A stretch of DNA of 64,000 nt from Octopus sinensis (GCF_006345805.1 NC_043009.1:51274001-51338000), one strand, 5' to 3'. Positions 28,544 through 40,550 are shown, numbered from the stretch's first letter. The notes: generated by a model not told the origin, from the letters alone. Numbers and translations: made by a program.

Positions 28544-31500
28544 TCAAAGAGTGTGCCGCCAAAGATCAAAGCCGGTGCCGATTCAAACGGAACCAAACCG
28601 AACCAAACCGGTTCAAACCGGATCAATCCGGTTCAAAACTGATCATATCGGTTCAAACAAGATCAGAACGGTTCGAAGCGGATCAAACCAATTAAAACCG
28701 GTTCAAACCGGTTCAAACGTGATCAGACCGGATCAAACCGGATCAAGCCTGATCAAACCGGTTCAAATGTCAGGAATGTCCGGAATGTCAGAAACCTCAG
28801 GAATGACAGGATATCTGGAATGTCAGGAATGACTGGAATGTCAGGAATGACTGGAATGTCAGGAATGTCTGGAATGTCAGGAATGTCAGGAATATCAGGA
28901 ATGTCTGGAATGTCAGGAATGTCTGGAATGTCAGGAATGTCTGGAATGTCTGGAATGTCAGCGATCTCTGTCAGCACACTCTTTGATCTCAGTCGACAAG
29001 GATCAAAAACGGTGCCGACAGAGATCAAAGAGTGTGCCGACAGAGATCAAAGACGGTTGCCGACGAACCGGTTGAAACCGGATCAAACAGGCTGAGACCG
29101 GATCAAACCGGTCCAAACCAGATCAAACCGGTTCAAACCTGATCAAACCGGTTCAAACAGGATCAAACCGTATCAGACCGGTTCAAACTGGATCAAGCCT
29201 GATCAAACCGGTTCAAATGTCAGGAATGTCAGGTATGTCTGAAATGTCTAGAATGTCAGGAATGTCTGGAATGTCAGGAATGTCTGGAATGTCAGGAATG
29301 TCTGGAATGTCTGGAATGTCAGGAATGTCGGGAATGTCTGGAATGTCAGGAATGGCAGGAATGTCTGGAATGTCAGGAATGTTTGGAATGTCAGGAATGT
29401 CTGGAATATCAGGAATGTTTGAAATATGAGGAATATCAGAGATCAAAGACGATGCCGACAGAGATCAAAGAGTGTGCCGACAAAGATCAAAGAGTGTGCC
29501 GACAAAGACCAAAGACGGTGCCGACAGAGATAAAAGAGTGTGTCGACAAAGATCAAAGACGGTGCCGACATAGATCAAAGACGGTGCCGACAAACCAGTT
29601 CAAACCACATCAAACCGGATCAAACCGGTTCAAACCGGTTCAGACCGGTTCAATCCGGTTCAATCCCCTTCAAACCGGTTTAAATCGGTTCAAACCGGTT
29701 CAAACCGGTCCAAATACGGTACTGACAGAGATCAAAGGCGGTGCCGACAAATATCCAAGACGGGGCCGACAGAGATCAAAGAATGTGCCGACAAATATCC
29801 AAGACGGGGCCGACAGAGATCAAGAGTGTGCCGACAAAGATCAAAAACGGTGTCGACAAAGATCAAAGAGTGTGCCGACAAAGATCAAAGACGGTGCCGA
29901 CAGAGATCAAAGAGTGTGCCGACAAAGATCAAAGACGGTGCCGACAGAGATAAAAGAGTGTGTCGACAAAGATCAAAGACGATGCCGACAGAGATAAAAG
30001 AGTGTGTCGACAAAGATCAAAGACGGTGCCGACATAGATCAAAGACGGTGCCGACAAACCAGTTCAAACCACATCAAACCGGATCAAACCGGTTCAAACC
30101 GGTTCAGACCGGTTCAATCCGGTTCAATCCCCTTCAAACCGGTTTAAATCGGTTCAAACCGGTTCAAACCGGTCCAAATACGGTACTGACAGAGATCAAA
30201 GGCGGTGCCGACAAATATCCAAGACGGGGCCGACAGAGATCAAAGAGTATGCCAACAAAGATCAAAGACGGTGCCGACAGAGATCAAAGACGGTGCCGAC
30301 AGAGATCAAAGAGTGTGCCGACAAAGATCAAAAACGGTGTCGACAAAGATCAAAGACGGTGTCGACAGAGATCAAAGAATGTGCCGACAAATATCAATGA
30401 CGGTGCCGACAGAGATCAAAGAGTGTGCCAACAAAGATCAAAGACGGTGCCGAAAAACCGGTTCAAACCGGGTCAAATCGCATCAAATCAGTTTAAACCA
30501 GGTCAAACCGGTTTAAACCGGTTCAAACCGGTTCAATGCGGTTCAAACCGGTTCAATCAGGTTCAGACCGGTTCAATCCGGTTCAAACAGGTTCAATCCG
30601 GTTCAATCCGGTTCAAACCGGTTCAATCCGGTTCAATCCGGTTCAATCCGGTTCAATCCGTTCCAAACCGGTCAAGATACGGTGCCGTCAGAGATCAAAG
30701 AATGTGCCGACAAAGATCAAAGACGGTGCCGACAGAGATCAAAGGCGGTGCCGACAGAGATCAAAGGCGGTGTCGGCAGAGATCAAAGACGGTGCCGACA
30801 GAGATCAAAGACGGTGCCGACAAAGATCAAAGGCGGTGCCGACAGAGATCAAAGACGGTGCCGACAGATATCAAAGGGTGTCCCGACAGAGATCAAAGAC
30901 GGTGCCGACAGAGATCAAAGACGGTGCCGACAAAGATCAAAGAATGTGCCGACAAAGATCAAAGACGGTGCCGACAGAGATCAAATACGGTGCCGACAGA
31001 GATCAAAGACGGTGCCGACAGAGATCAAATACGGTGCCGACAGAGATCAAAGACGGTGCCGACAGAGATCAAATACGGTGCCGACAGATATCAAAAGGTG
31101 TGCCGATAGAGATCAAAGACGGTGCCGACAGAGATCAAATACGGTGCCGACAAAGATCAAAGGCGGTGCCGACAAAGATCAAAGGCGGTGCCGACAAAGA
31201 TCAAAGGCGGTGCCGGCAGAGATCAAAGAATGTGCCGACAAAGATCAAAGACGGTGCCGACAGAGATCAAAGACGGTGCCGACCGATATCAAATACGGTG
31301 CCGACCGATATCAAAAGGTGTGCCGACAGAGATCAAAGACGGTGCCGACAGAGATCAAAGGCGGTGCCGACAGAGATCAAAGACGGTGCCGACAGAGATC
31401 AAATACGGTGCCGACAAAGATCAAATGCGGTGCCGACAGAGATCAAAGAATGTGTCGACAAAGATCAAAGTCGGTGCCGACAGAGATCAAATACGGTGCC

Positions 31501-31583
31501 GACAAAGATCAGAGGCGGTGCCGACAGAGATCAAAGACGGTGCCGACAGAGATCAAAGTCGGTGCCGACAGAGATCAAAGAGT
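28544..31583. repeat. Composite satellite of 22-bp (GGTGCCGACAGAGATCAAAGAC), 10-bp (AAACCGGTTC/AAACCGGATC) and 9-bp (GGAATGTCA/GGAATGTCT) blocks
   Basis: Approximate blocks: 22:28544-28581, 10:28582-28766, 9:28767-28960, 22:28963-29064 (first part inverted), 10:29065-29216, 9:29217-29438, 22:29439-29590, 10:29591-29712, 22:29713-30054, 10:30055-30176, 22:30177-30453, 10:30454-30672, 22:30673-31583. Confidence 0.97.
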
Positions 31584-32116
31584 ACACGCCTATGTGTGTA
31601 TATGTATATATACATATGTATGTGTGTGTGTGTGTGAGAGAGAGAAAGAGTACGTTTTTGTGTGTGCGTGTCCTGGTCCGAGATTTTCAGGGTTTTGAGG
31701 ATTATGGAACCATCCCTTAACCACTATTGTTCCAGGTGTCCACTGATTCGTAGTAATACCACCAGTCAGTGTCCTGTAGTAATACCACCAGCCAGTGTCG
31801 TACCTATGAGCTAACCAGCATCTTATGGCTTGCCTACCTATTCGTTTGAAAACTGGTTTCGGCAGGACTCTGTGAAAGAATCCCTGATGATTCCGTATAC
31901 ACGAAAACAGCATCACATCACTTCATACTTTGTTAGCTTGATGTTTTTTGCCACTGGATTGAAGATGTTCAAGGACGAGAGACTGGTCGACGGAATGCAA
32001 ATCTTCTTCACTTTAAAGAAATACACTGCATAAGTCTTGGGTCATCTGGATTATCTGTATGGTTCACATCACTCCGACATAAGAACATTTCACGTAGATC
32101 TGTATAAGCATTGTAC

Positions 32117-32153
<37 letters not shown>

Positions 32154-32533
32154 TTAGAGACAAAACCACTATTAGGCAAATCATACAATGAAAAACTTAA
32201 GCCAATACATAAGATTATTTAATTTATATTATTTAAATATATAACAAAATTATTAAAAAAATATAATTAATATAACACTACGATCGTTTCATGGCTGTTA
32301 ATCTCTTTAAATTTAGTGTTATATTAATTATATTTTTTTAATAATTTTGTTATATATTTAAATAATATAAATTAAATAATCTTATGTATTGGCTTAAGTT
32401 TTTCATTGTATGATTTGCCTAATAGTGGTTTTGTCTCTAAATTAATATAATATAATATTTTACTATAAAATTGGATTCAATCCTAAATCTGATTTTTCCC
32501 TGTAAGTTTGGATTTATTCCCTAATATTTATTA

Positions 32534-32535
<2 letters not shown>
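32154..32535. mobile_element. (TA)n-inserted fold-back element with 127-bp inverted arms
   Basis: 32154-32280 is the reverse complement of 32314-32440 with a 33-bp spacer; right part recurs at 20140-20345. Confidence 0.85.
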
Positions 32536-32576
<41 letters not shown>

Positions 32577-32578
<2 letters not shown>

Positions 32579-33769
32579 CAGGGTGCTTATATGATAACAG
32601 ATAGCTTTATTTTTCAAAAATGCAATGAGGATAAACATTAACCCCCTTTTTTTTGATAATGTTATTCAATAAATCCAACTTCAGCTTCAACAACTGCTTC
32701 TATATGAGATTTAAATCATCTACATGCTCAAATCAAGTGGTCCAGGTTCATTTTCGACATTACACTGACTATGGCGGCTTTCAAAGAAACTTTGGTGTTA
32801 TAGGCGTGTTCATTGACCTCTCTCTTAATATCTCTCCATATGTAATAGTCCAATGGATTAAGATCTGGGGAATTAAGAAGTCAAATGTTAGGGTTTATGT
32901 GATCATGAAAATGTTCAACCATCCATTCCTTTGTTACTAGAGCCATGTGTGATAGTGCAGAGTCTTACTGAAAAACATATGGCCTTCCATTGCAGACACT
33001 GTCTATCCAGGGCTTAACAATTATTTCCGGGACCTCAATGTAGGCAGCAGAGTTAACGCTAAGGCCTTGTGGAAAGAAGTAAGGAGGCATCACATGTCTT
33101 TCATTGCTGACAACCCCTAAAACCATGACAGTTGTAGGAAATTTTGTATCTTGGAACTTCAGAAAGGTCTGCATATAACCGTCTATCACTTCTTCTGTTA
33201 ACCTTTTGATCTTGGTCGAAGTTTTTCTCGTTTGAGAACACCAAATTAAATCTTCTTCTGCTGGATCTTTCAGTTTAAGAGCCTTTTAGATCTGATGTAG
33301 TGATTTTCTTTCACTTTTTCGGACAAATTGACCTTTCCTCATCATATAAGACATATCTGATGTCTTTGTGGACAACATTTCTGACTATTCCTTCTGACAC
33401 ATGGAGATCTTTTGCAACTGACCTCATGGACATTCTTGGATTGTAATCAATGGTCTGTTGAACTTACTGGATAAATTCGTGTGTTCTGAAGATTTCAGAT
33501 TTAGAATGCGTTGATACTGGTGATAGGTTTCTCTCAGCTTCCAGCTCCTTTCAAACTTTGTAGACGAAAGATCTGGCAATTTTTAAAACTCGATATATTT
33601 CTAAATATTCACTATGCTCAGCCTTTATAACCACAATAACAGTATGCTTCTTCATTTCTTGAGAAAGCTGAGGGTTTGCCATTATTATTTTCTGAAACAA
33701 AAATTATAGAGTTAGCAGAAAATGCAGCATGACCCAAAATTTTATCTCCAATACCTTGCGCACCCTGTA
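32577..33769 (-). mobile_element. Decayed Tc1/mariner-superfamily transposon
   Basis: Ends TA-CAGGGTGC ... GCACCCTG-TA; minus-strand TKFPTTVMVLGVVS...YVFQ followed by a QDSA-like second Asp motif. Confidence 0.8.
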
Positions 33770-33848
33770 TATATATATATAATATATTATATATATATAT
33801 ATTTATATGTATATATATATAATATTATGTAATATATATTATATATAT

Positions 33849-33879
<31 letters not shown>

Positions 33880-34127
33880 TGTATATATATATATAATATA
33901 TATAATATATGTATATATATAATATATATATATCTATATATCCGTAATAATGAAGGGTGAAATTAATTAATTGGAATAATTATCAATTACACCAAGTAGT
34001 CTTCGGCATGTAAAAGCCTCATTCGAGGAAAATTTAGCAGAAAATGCAGCAATGACCCAAAATTTTATCTCCAAGTACCTTGCGCACCCTGTATATATAT
34101 ATATATATATATATATATCATATATAT

Positions 34128-34182
<55 letters not shown>

Positions 34183-34207
34183 TTATATGATATATATATA
34201 TATAATA

Positions 34208-34252
<45 letters not shown>

Positions 34253-34483
34253 ATATATTATATATATATATGTATATATATATTATATATATTATATATC
34301 CGTAATAATGAAGGGTGAAATTAATTAATTTGGAAAATTATCAATTACACCAAGTAGTCTTCGGCATGTAAAAGCCTCATTCGAGGAAAATTTAAGTAAT
34401 ACTAAGCAATAAAGGGTTTATTCTAAATTCGGTCTGTGGTAAGGCAATTCGTTGCTAAACCCTTTATTGCTTAGTATTACTTA

Positions 34484-34544
<61 letters not shown>

Positions 34545-35377
34545 GTATGTATGTATATGTGAATCCGGTGGACTCTGAACATTAATCTGTCTGAGCCTTC
34601 GTTTCTGAATAAAATATGTTCGACCTCGATTTATTTTATGCCACGTGATCGGAGACATTACACGCGGCTTTATTGGCGTCATATGCTTTCAGCAGATCAG
34701 GCTATACATAGATCAGGCTATACATATTTCTTTATATCGAAAGTCAACCCGAGACGCATCTACATTGCTCAGTCGTTCCGATACACAAAGCTTTCCGCAT
34801 TCTTCTGAAGTGCGTTGTGACCACAACAGCAAGCTCAAGGATACTGGCTCATCCATGTGCCAGCAATTCGTATCAGATGTCACAATTGCAAACAGCACAA
34901 CAGCATGGTTTCTGTGTAATGCTGCTTTCCACCTTTAAACCTCTTCATTCATCTGTGCACATTGCACTTGTCAATATTGTCAGCTCTATAAACAAAGCGT
35001 TGCCTTCTCGAGATGTTGGAGCGAGTTTTCGCTTCCTTTGACCAAAACTAAACTGACAGCATGCTGCTTCTGTTCGGAAGGCACAATTTTCTTCCGAAAA
35101 GGAAGAAGAATTGTTACTATAAGTAGAAAGTATTACTTGACTATCGTGTGCAATTTATCATTACTAAAAGCACTGTGTCTGTTAATAAAATGGCTATGCT
35201 TGTTTTACAGCCTGCTTTATAGCTTGCTTTACTATTTGTACATATGTGTGAGTGTGCATTTGCGCGAGCGCATGCCTAATCACCATGATTGGGTTGGGTT
35301 TAGTGTGTGCGTGTATCTATTGCCAACAGTCTATCTCTCTCTCTGTCTGTCCGTCAGTCTGTCGGTATTTCTATCAA

Positions 35378-35610
35378 GGCGGCGAGCTGGCAGAAACGTT
35401 AGCACGCCGGGCGAAATGCGTAGCCGTATTTCGTCTGCAGTTACGTTCTGAGTTCAAATTGCGCCGAGGTCAACTTTGCCTTTCATCCTTTCGGGGTCGA
35501 TAAATTAAGTACCAGTTACGCACTGGGGTCGATGTAATCGACTAAATCCGTTTGTCTGTCCTTGTTTGTCCTCCGTGTTTAGCCCCTCGTGGGTACTAAA
35601 GAAATAGGTA
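35378..35610 (+). mobile_element. SINE family B, full length
   Basis: ggcggcgagctggcagaa head, B-box GAGTTCAAAT, central gcctttcatcctttcggggtcgataaa domain; copies at 39689, 46237, 57920. Confidence 0.88.
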
Positions 35611-35732
35611 TGTCTATCAATGCATCTATCTGTCTGTCTGCCTGTCTGTCTGTCTGTCTATCTGTCTATCTGTCTGTCTATCTATCTATCTATTTATCTC
35701 TCTCCCCCTCTCTCTCTCTCTATCTCTCTCTC

Positions 35733-35811
<79 letters not shown>

Positions 35812-36121
35812 TATATATATATATATACAGATATACATGCATATATATATGCCTACATAGGCTTATACATGTGTGGGTGTGGGTGTGAATTTAAGTATGT
35901 ATAGTGCACATTGTACACTTATAGAAACATGCATATATACGTATACATAAATAAACTCACAGCCACACATGCCTATATATATATAATATTCCTATTTATG
36001 TGAGCGTGTGTATCTGAATGTGGTGTGTGTGTATTTGTGTGTGTGTGTTTATGTGTGTGTGTGTGTCAGATTACTCTCAGTACCACCTTTTGTCTGCTCA
36101 TTTTAACACCAACCCTGTAGA

Positions 36122-36221
36122 NNNNNNNNNNNNNNNNNNNNNNNNNNNNNNNNNNNNNNNNNNNNNNNNNNNNNNNNNNNNNNNNNNNNNNNNNNNNNNN
36201 NNNNNNNNNNNNNNNNNNNNN
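36122..36221. other. Assembly gap (100 N)
   Basis: Run of n. Confidence 0.99.
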
Positions 36222-36363
36222 CACCGAATTTAAATATTTATATAGATTTCCCTTTCCTGAAATGTGTATACATTCTTTTTGGAAACACTCTTGTCTGTCT
36301 CTCTCTATTTATATATATATATATATAATATATATTGATATTTATTATATATATATAATAAAT

Positions 36364-36415
<52 letters not shown>

Positions 36416-36883
36416 ATATCGAAATTTGCTATGATGATCCGGTTTCTGACTGAAGATTAAAGGCTTCGAATGACCGTCTGTTTTCTGTGTTCGTCCCTTT
36501 GTGTATTTCACGTTCTTGTTTCTTTATATATAATTTTTATTCCCATATATATATATATAGAGAGAGAGAGAGAGGGAGAGTGAGAGAAAGAGAGAGAGAT
36601 GTATGTGCATGTGTATGTGCACGTGTGAAGGTGTGTTTGTTTGTGTGAGTGTGTGTGCGGGTGTGAGTAATAACGGATTTTTTTAGAAAAAATATTATAT
36701 GGTTATGGACAGTAGTTCCAATTTCGGCATATTCCGGAGCCTCAGTTTAAATCGCACGTGTCTTGAATGGGCTGGAGTATTTCTATTTTGGATGTATTTG
36801 GGGTACTTAATTGTGCTCATGACTTAGTGTTTTGCTTCTTCCATGGATATGAGTAAGTATCTCATTTATTTCTTTGCCACATT

Positions 36884-36936
36884 TATCACTGACGAAGAGA
36901 GGGTTCTTACGAGCTAAACCTGAAATCGGTCCGATA
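36884..36936 (+). ncRNA. Type I hammerhead-like motif between direct repeats
   Basis: TATCA-CTGACGA-AGAG-AGGGTT..AAACCT-GAAA-TCGG-TC-CGATA. Confidence 0.6.
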
Positions 36937-37810
36937 TGGTAATAACGGAATTTTTTAGAAATTTTTGCCGGCCTTTTTTCGAGTAGCGAGCGTATTGTGA
37001 AAAAATTATATGGTTATGGACGATCGTTCCAATTTCGGCATATTTGGCATTAGAAATTTTTTCGTTTGCTCTAATTTATAAGTTGTTTATAATTTTAAAC
37101 TTTAAAGGTATTTTTTAATATGCTGGCCATTGATGAAAATTTTTTTCGAAAAAAAAATTTATCCTACATTAAATATATATATATGCGGTTCGGCAAAAGT
37201 GACCGATAGAATAAGTACTGGGCTTACAAAGAATAAGTCCCGGGGTCGATTTGCTCGACAAAAGGCGGTGCTCCAGCATGGCCGCAGTCAAATGACTGAA
37301 ACAAGTAAAAAATAAAAGATAAAATATATACATACTTACACAAAAGTATGCATGTATATATGTGTTTGTGTATTTGTGTGTTTGTGTGTCTGTGCATGCA
37401 TGTGGGTGTGTGCGTGCCTGTGTGTGCTTTGTTGGTGCCAGTCTATATGTATACACATATTTGTGTGCGTTCGTTGTATATGTGTAGTTCTCGGTGAATA
37501 TATATAAATATGGCTTCTAGACAACTCCGATGGATAAATCATTGCTTATTTATTGATATTTATTTAGCATATTCTAAAGATTAATATGGAGAATCACACC
37601 TTTATTTATCCAATTCCCCAGGTCATATAAATTTTTGGTTTGTTCGTCATACACGTCAGGATTTATATGAAATTTAATAGAGTCATCTCCCTCGCTGTCA
37701 CACACACAAGTACACACAAACATGAACATACACACATGCATGCACACACACACACACACACACTTTCTTCCTTACTCTCTCTATCTATCCGTATATGCAT
37801 ATATGCACAA

Positions 37811-37849
<39 letters not shown>

Positions 37850-38416
37850 TCCATACACAGTTCATACATATATATAAAGATACATACATATGTATATTCA
37901 TATCTATATGTCTATCTATCTGTCTATCTAGCTGTCTGTCTGTCTATCTGTGTATCTATCTATCTATCTATCTATTTCTATCTATCTATCTATCTATCTA
38001 TCTCTATCTATCTATATAATATATAATATATATATATGCACATACGTCTCTGCCTCATGAGGAAACGTACGCCAAACAGTTGGTATATTCTGTATCGAAG
38101 ACGAGATTTTAATGAATCAAGGACACTCTAATATGTTTTCTTCGTCATACACCTATAACTCTTTGTTGCTAAAGTACAGGCCTGGACCCACTCGAAGATG
38201 CTTTCTACGGTCGTTTTCCTATCATTTATGCACATTATTTGGCGACTGAATCCTTATTATATATACATATATACATACATATATATATAAAATTGGCGTT
38301 TTGGTGAAATTTTTCTTGTGAGCAAAGTCTTCGTGGTATGGCGATTTGACGTCTATATTTAGCACATTAGGAGTCCACTTTGGTGGTCGTTCCTCTTAAT
38401 TTTGTACATAAATATA

Positions 38417-38578
38417 GCGTAGGCGTGGCTGCGTGGTAAGAAGCTTGCTACCCAACAACATGGTACCGGATTCAATCTCGCTACGTGGCACTTCGTGCAA
38501 AGTCTTCTACTATAGCCCTCGAGCCGACCAAACCCTTGTGAGTGGATTCGGTAGACGGAAACTGAAAGAAGCCCGTCG

Positions 38579-38615
<37 letters not shown>

Positions 38616-38835
38616 TTGTATGTTTGTCTTTGCCCCCCCCACTACTACGTGACAGCCGATGTTGGTTTGTTTATGTCCCTGTGTCTTAATAGTTAGGCAA
38701 AAGAGACCGATAGAATAAGTACCAAGCTTACAAAGTATAAGTCCTGGGGCGATTTCTTCGACTAAAAGGAGATGCTCCGGCATGGCCGAAGTCAAATGAC
38801 TGAAGCAAATAACAGAATAAAAGAATGAAAAAGAA
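38417..38835 (+). mobile_element. SINE family A, full length
   Basis: Head, internal TA/TG tract, 3' module and (AAAGAAT)-like tail. Confidence 0.85.
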
Positions 38836-39250
38836 TATATATATATATATATATATATATATTACACTCTGAGCACAAGCTAAGATATTTGCTGTGATTA
38901 TGAAACATTGAGATAGTATCCCTTGTTCGAAACACTCTTCTTGTCTCCTGGAAATATGACTTTTCCGTTACGGTATGCCACTTTTGAAGAATTCTAATTA
39001 TTCAAGATCGTAAAGCCTTCTCACTTGTATTTGGTTCGTATTACTGTACAAGCTCAGGAACTGGAGGTAACTTTATTACATTAAAAAAGGATTTAGTATA
39101 TCATTTAACACATTCTATCTGCATCTGTTGCTAAACTACATGCTATTGCTTTCTCTGAGCTATTTCTTTCAACTAACTATCTTTTTCTGTATGAGAAATA
39201 TCTTTCATCATGCATATATACATCCATATATACATATATACTAATATATA

Positions 39251-39286
<36 letters not shown>

Positions 39287-39351
39287 TGCATATATATATG
39301 CATATATATATGAATATATATATATATATGTTGTGTGTGTGTATGTGTGTG

Positions 39352-39384
<33 letters not shown>

Positions 39385-39688
39385 TGTGTGTGTGTGCATA
39401 AACAATTGCAGTGTGGAAGGTGTTTATAAGCCATTTAAGAAACATAAAAAAACCGGTAGATTCACTTCAGCATTTCAATTTAATTTGCCAAAATATTTTC
39501 GTCGCTTTGAAACCGCGACCTGTTAGCTGACAAAATTCAGTAAGCGTTTGGATCTTTTATCATTAAAGTTTTAAAGACTTATTTCAAAAGTAGAGATAGA
39601 CAGAAGTGGAACTGGGCCGCAAAAGGTTTGTACGTTTTTTATGCGTACACTTGCGCGTGTACACATATACATATTCTGAAATACATAG

Positions 39689-39925
39689 AGGCGGCGAGCT
39701 GGCAGAAACGTTAGCGCGCCGGGCGAAATGCTTAGCGGTATTTCGTCTGTCGTTACGTTCTGAGTTCAAATTCCGCCGAGGTCGACTGTGCCTTTCATCC
39801 TCTCGGGGTCAATAAATAAAGTACCAGTTTCGTTGATGTAAGTACTGGGTTGATGTAATCGACTTAACTCCTTTGTATGTCCTTGTTTGTCCCCTCTATG
39901 TTTAGCCCCTTGTGGGTAGTTAAAA
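39689..39925 (+). mobile_element. SINE family B
   Basis: Homologous to 35378-35610. Confidence 0.88.
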
Positions 39926-40421
39926 AAATATATATTCTGAAATACATAAATACAAACACACATATATATAGCTCCTGAAGGGGTGGGAAGTCGTTGTATT
40001 TCTAATGCACCACTCAATACGAACACCACAATCTAATATTGTAATTTTGATAAAAATGTAAACTTCAAGTGCCTTACTGTTGAAAACACTACGCAAGTGT
40101 TTCAAAGATGAACGTAAATGCAAGGGAATTGTTTTCACGTCCATTCGCTTCCAACATAAATGCTTGAAATATTACACAATATCCATGGTTAAATACATTT
40201 GAGTAGCACACGATTAAGAAAGCAATTTGTCGAGACGCGAGTTCTCCCGCGATTATTCCTAGTTTAAGCAAGTACTACGTTGATATGAGCAATCATGCAT
40301 ACTGCGTACTTTTCCATTTTTACGCGACTTTACAACACAATACTGTTGGAAAGAAATGTTCACAAACAACCTATAGCGATAATAATAGATATATACATAT
40401 AATATATATATATATATATAG

Positions 40422-40480
<59 letters not shown>

Positions 40481-40499
40481 CATACATACATATATATAT

Positions 40500-40535
<36 letters not shown>

Positions 40536-40550
40536 ATATATATATATATA

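Noticed and set aside
28753-29446. (IPD)n / (MSG)n collagen-like or antifreeze-like peptides
   Set aside because: Direct consequence of the 9-bp repeat; short, no signal peptide or flanking coding sequence
28544-31583. CRISPR-like array
   Set aside because: Units are contiguous with no unique spacers; eukaryotic context and no cas genes
29383-31720. Long ORFs (204-427 aa) in all three plus frames with RCRQRSKTVPTEIKDGADRDQR repeats
   Set aside because: A 22-bp unit without a stop in any frame gives the same peptide in every frame; no unique domain, start context or splice evidence. Translation is not excluded but is unsupported.
34560-35200. Higher-complexity segment with short ORFs (possible exon or TE remnant)
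   Set aside because: No recognisable motif and stops in all frames; cannot be assigned without a database search
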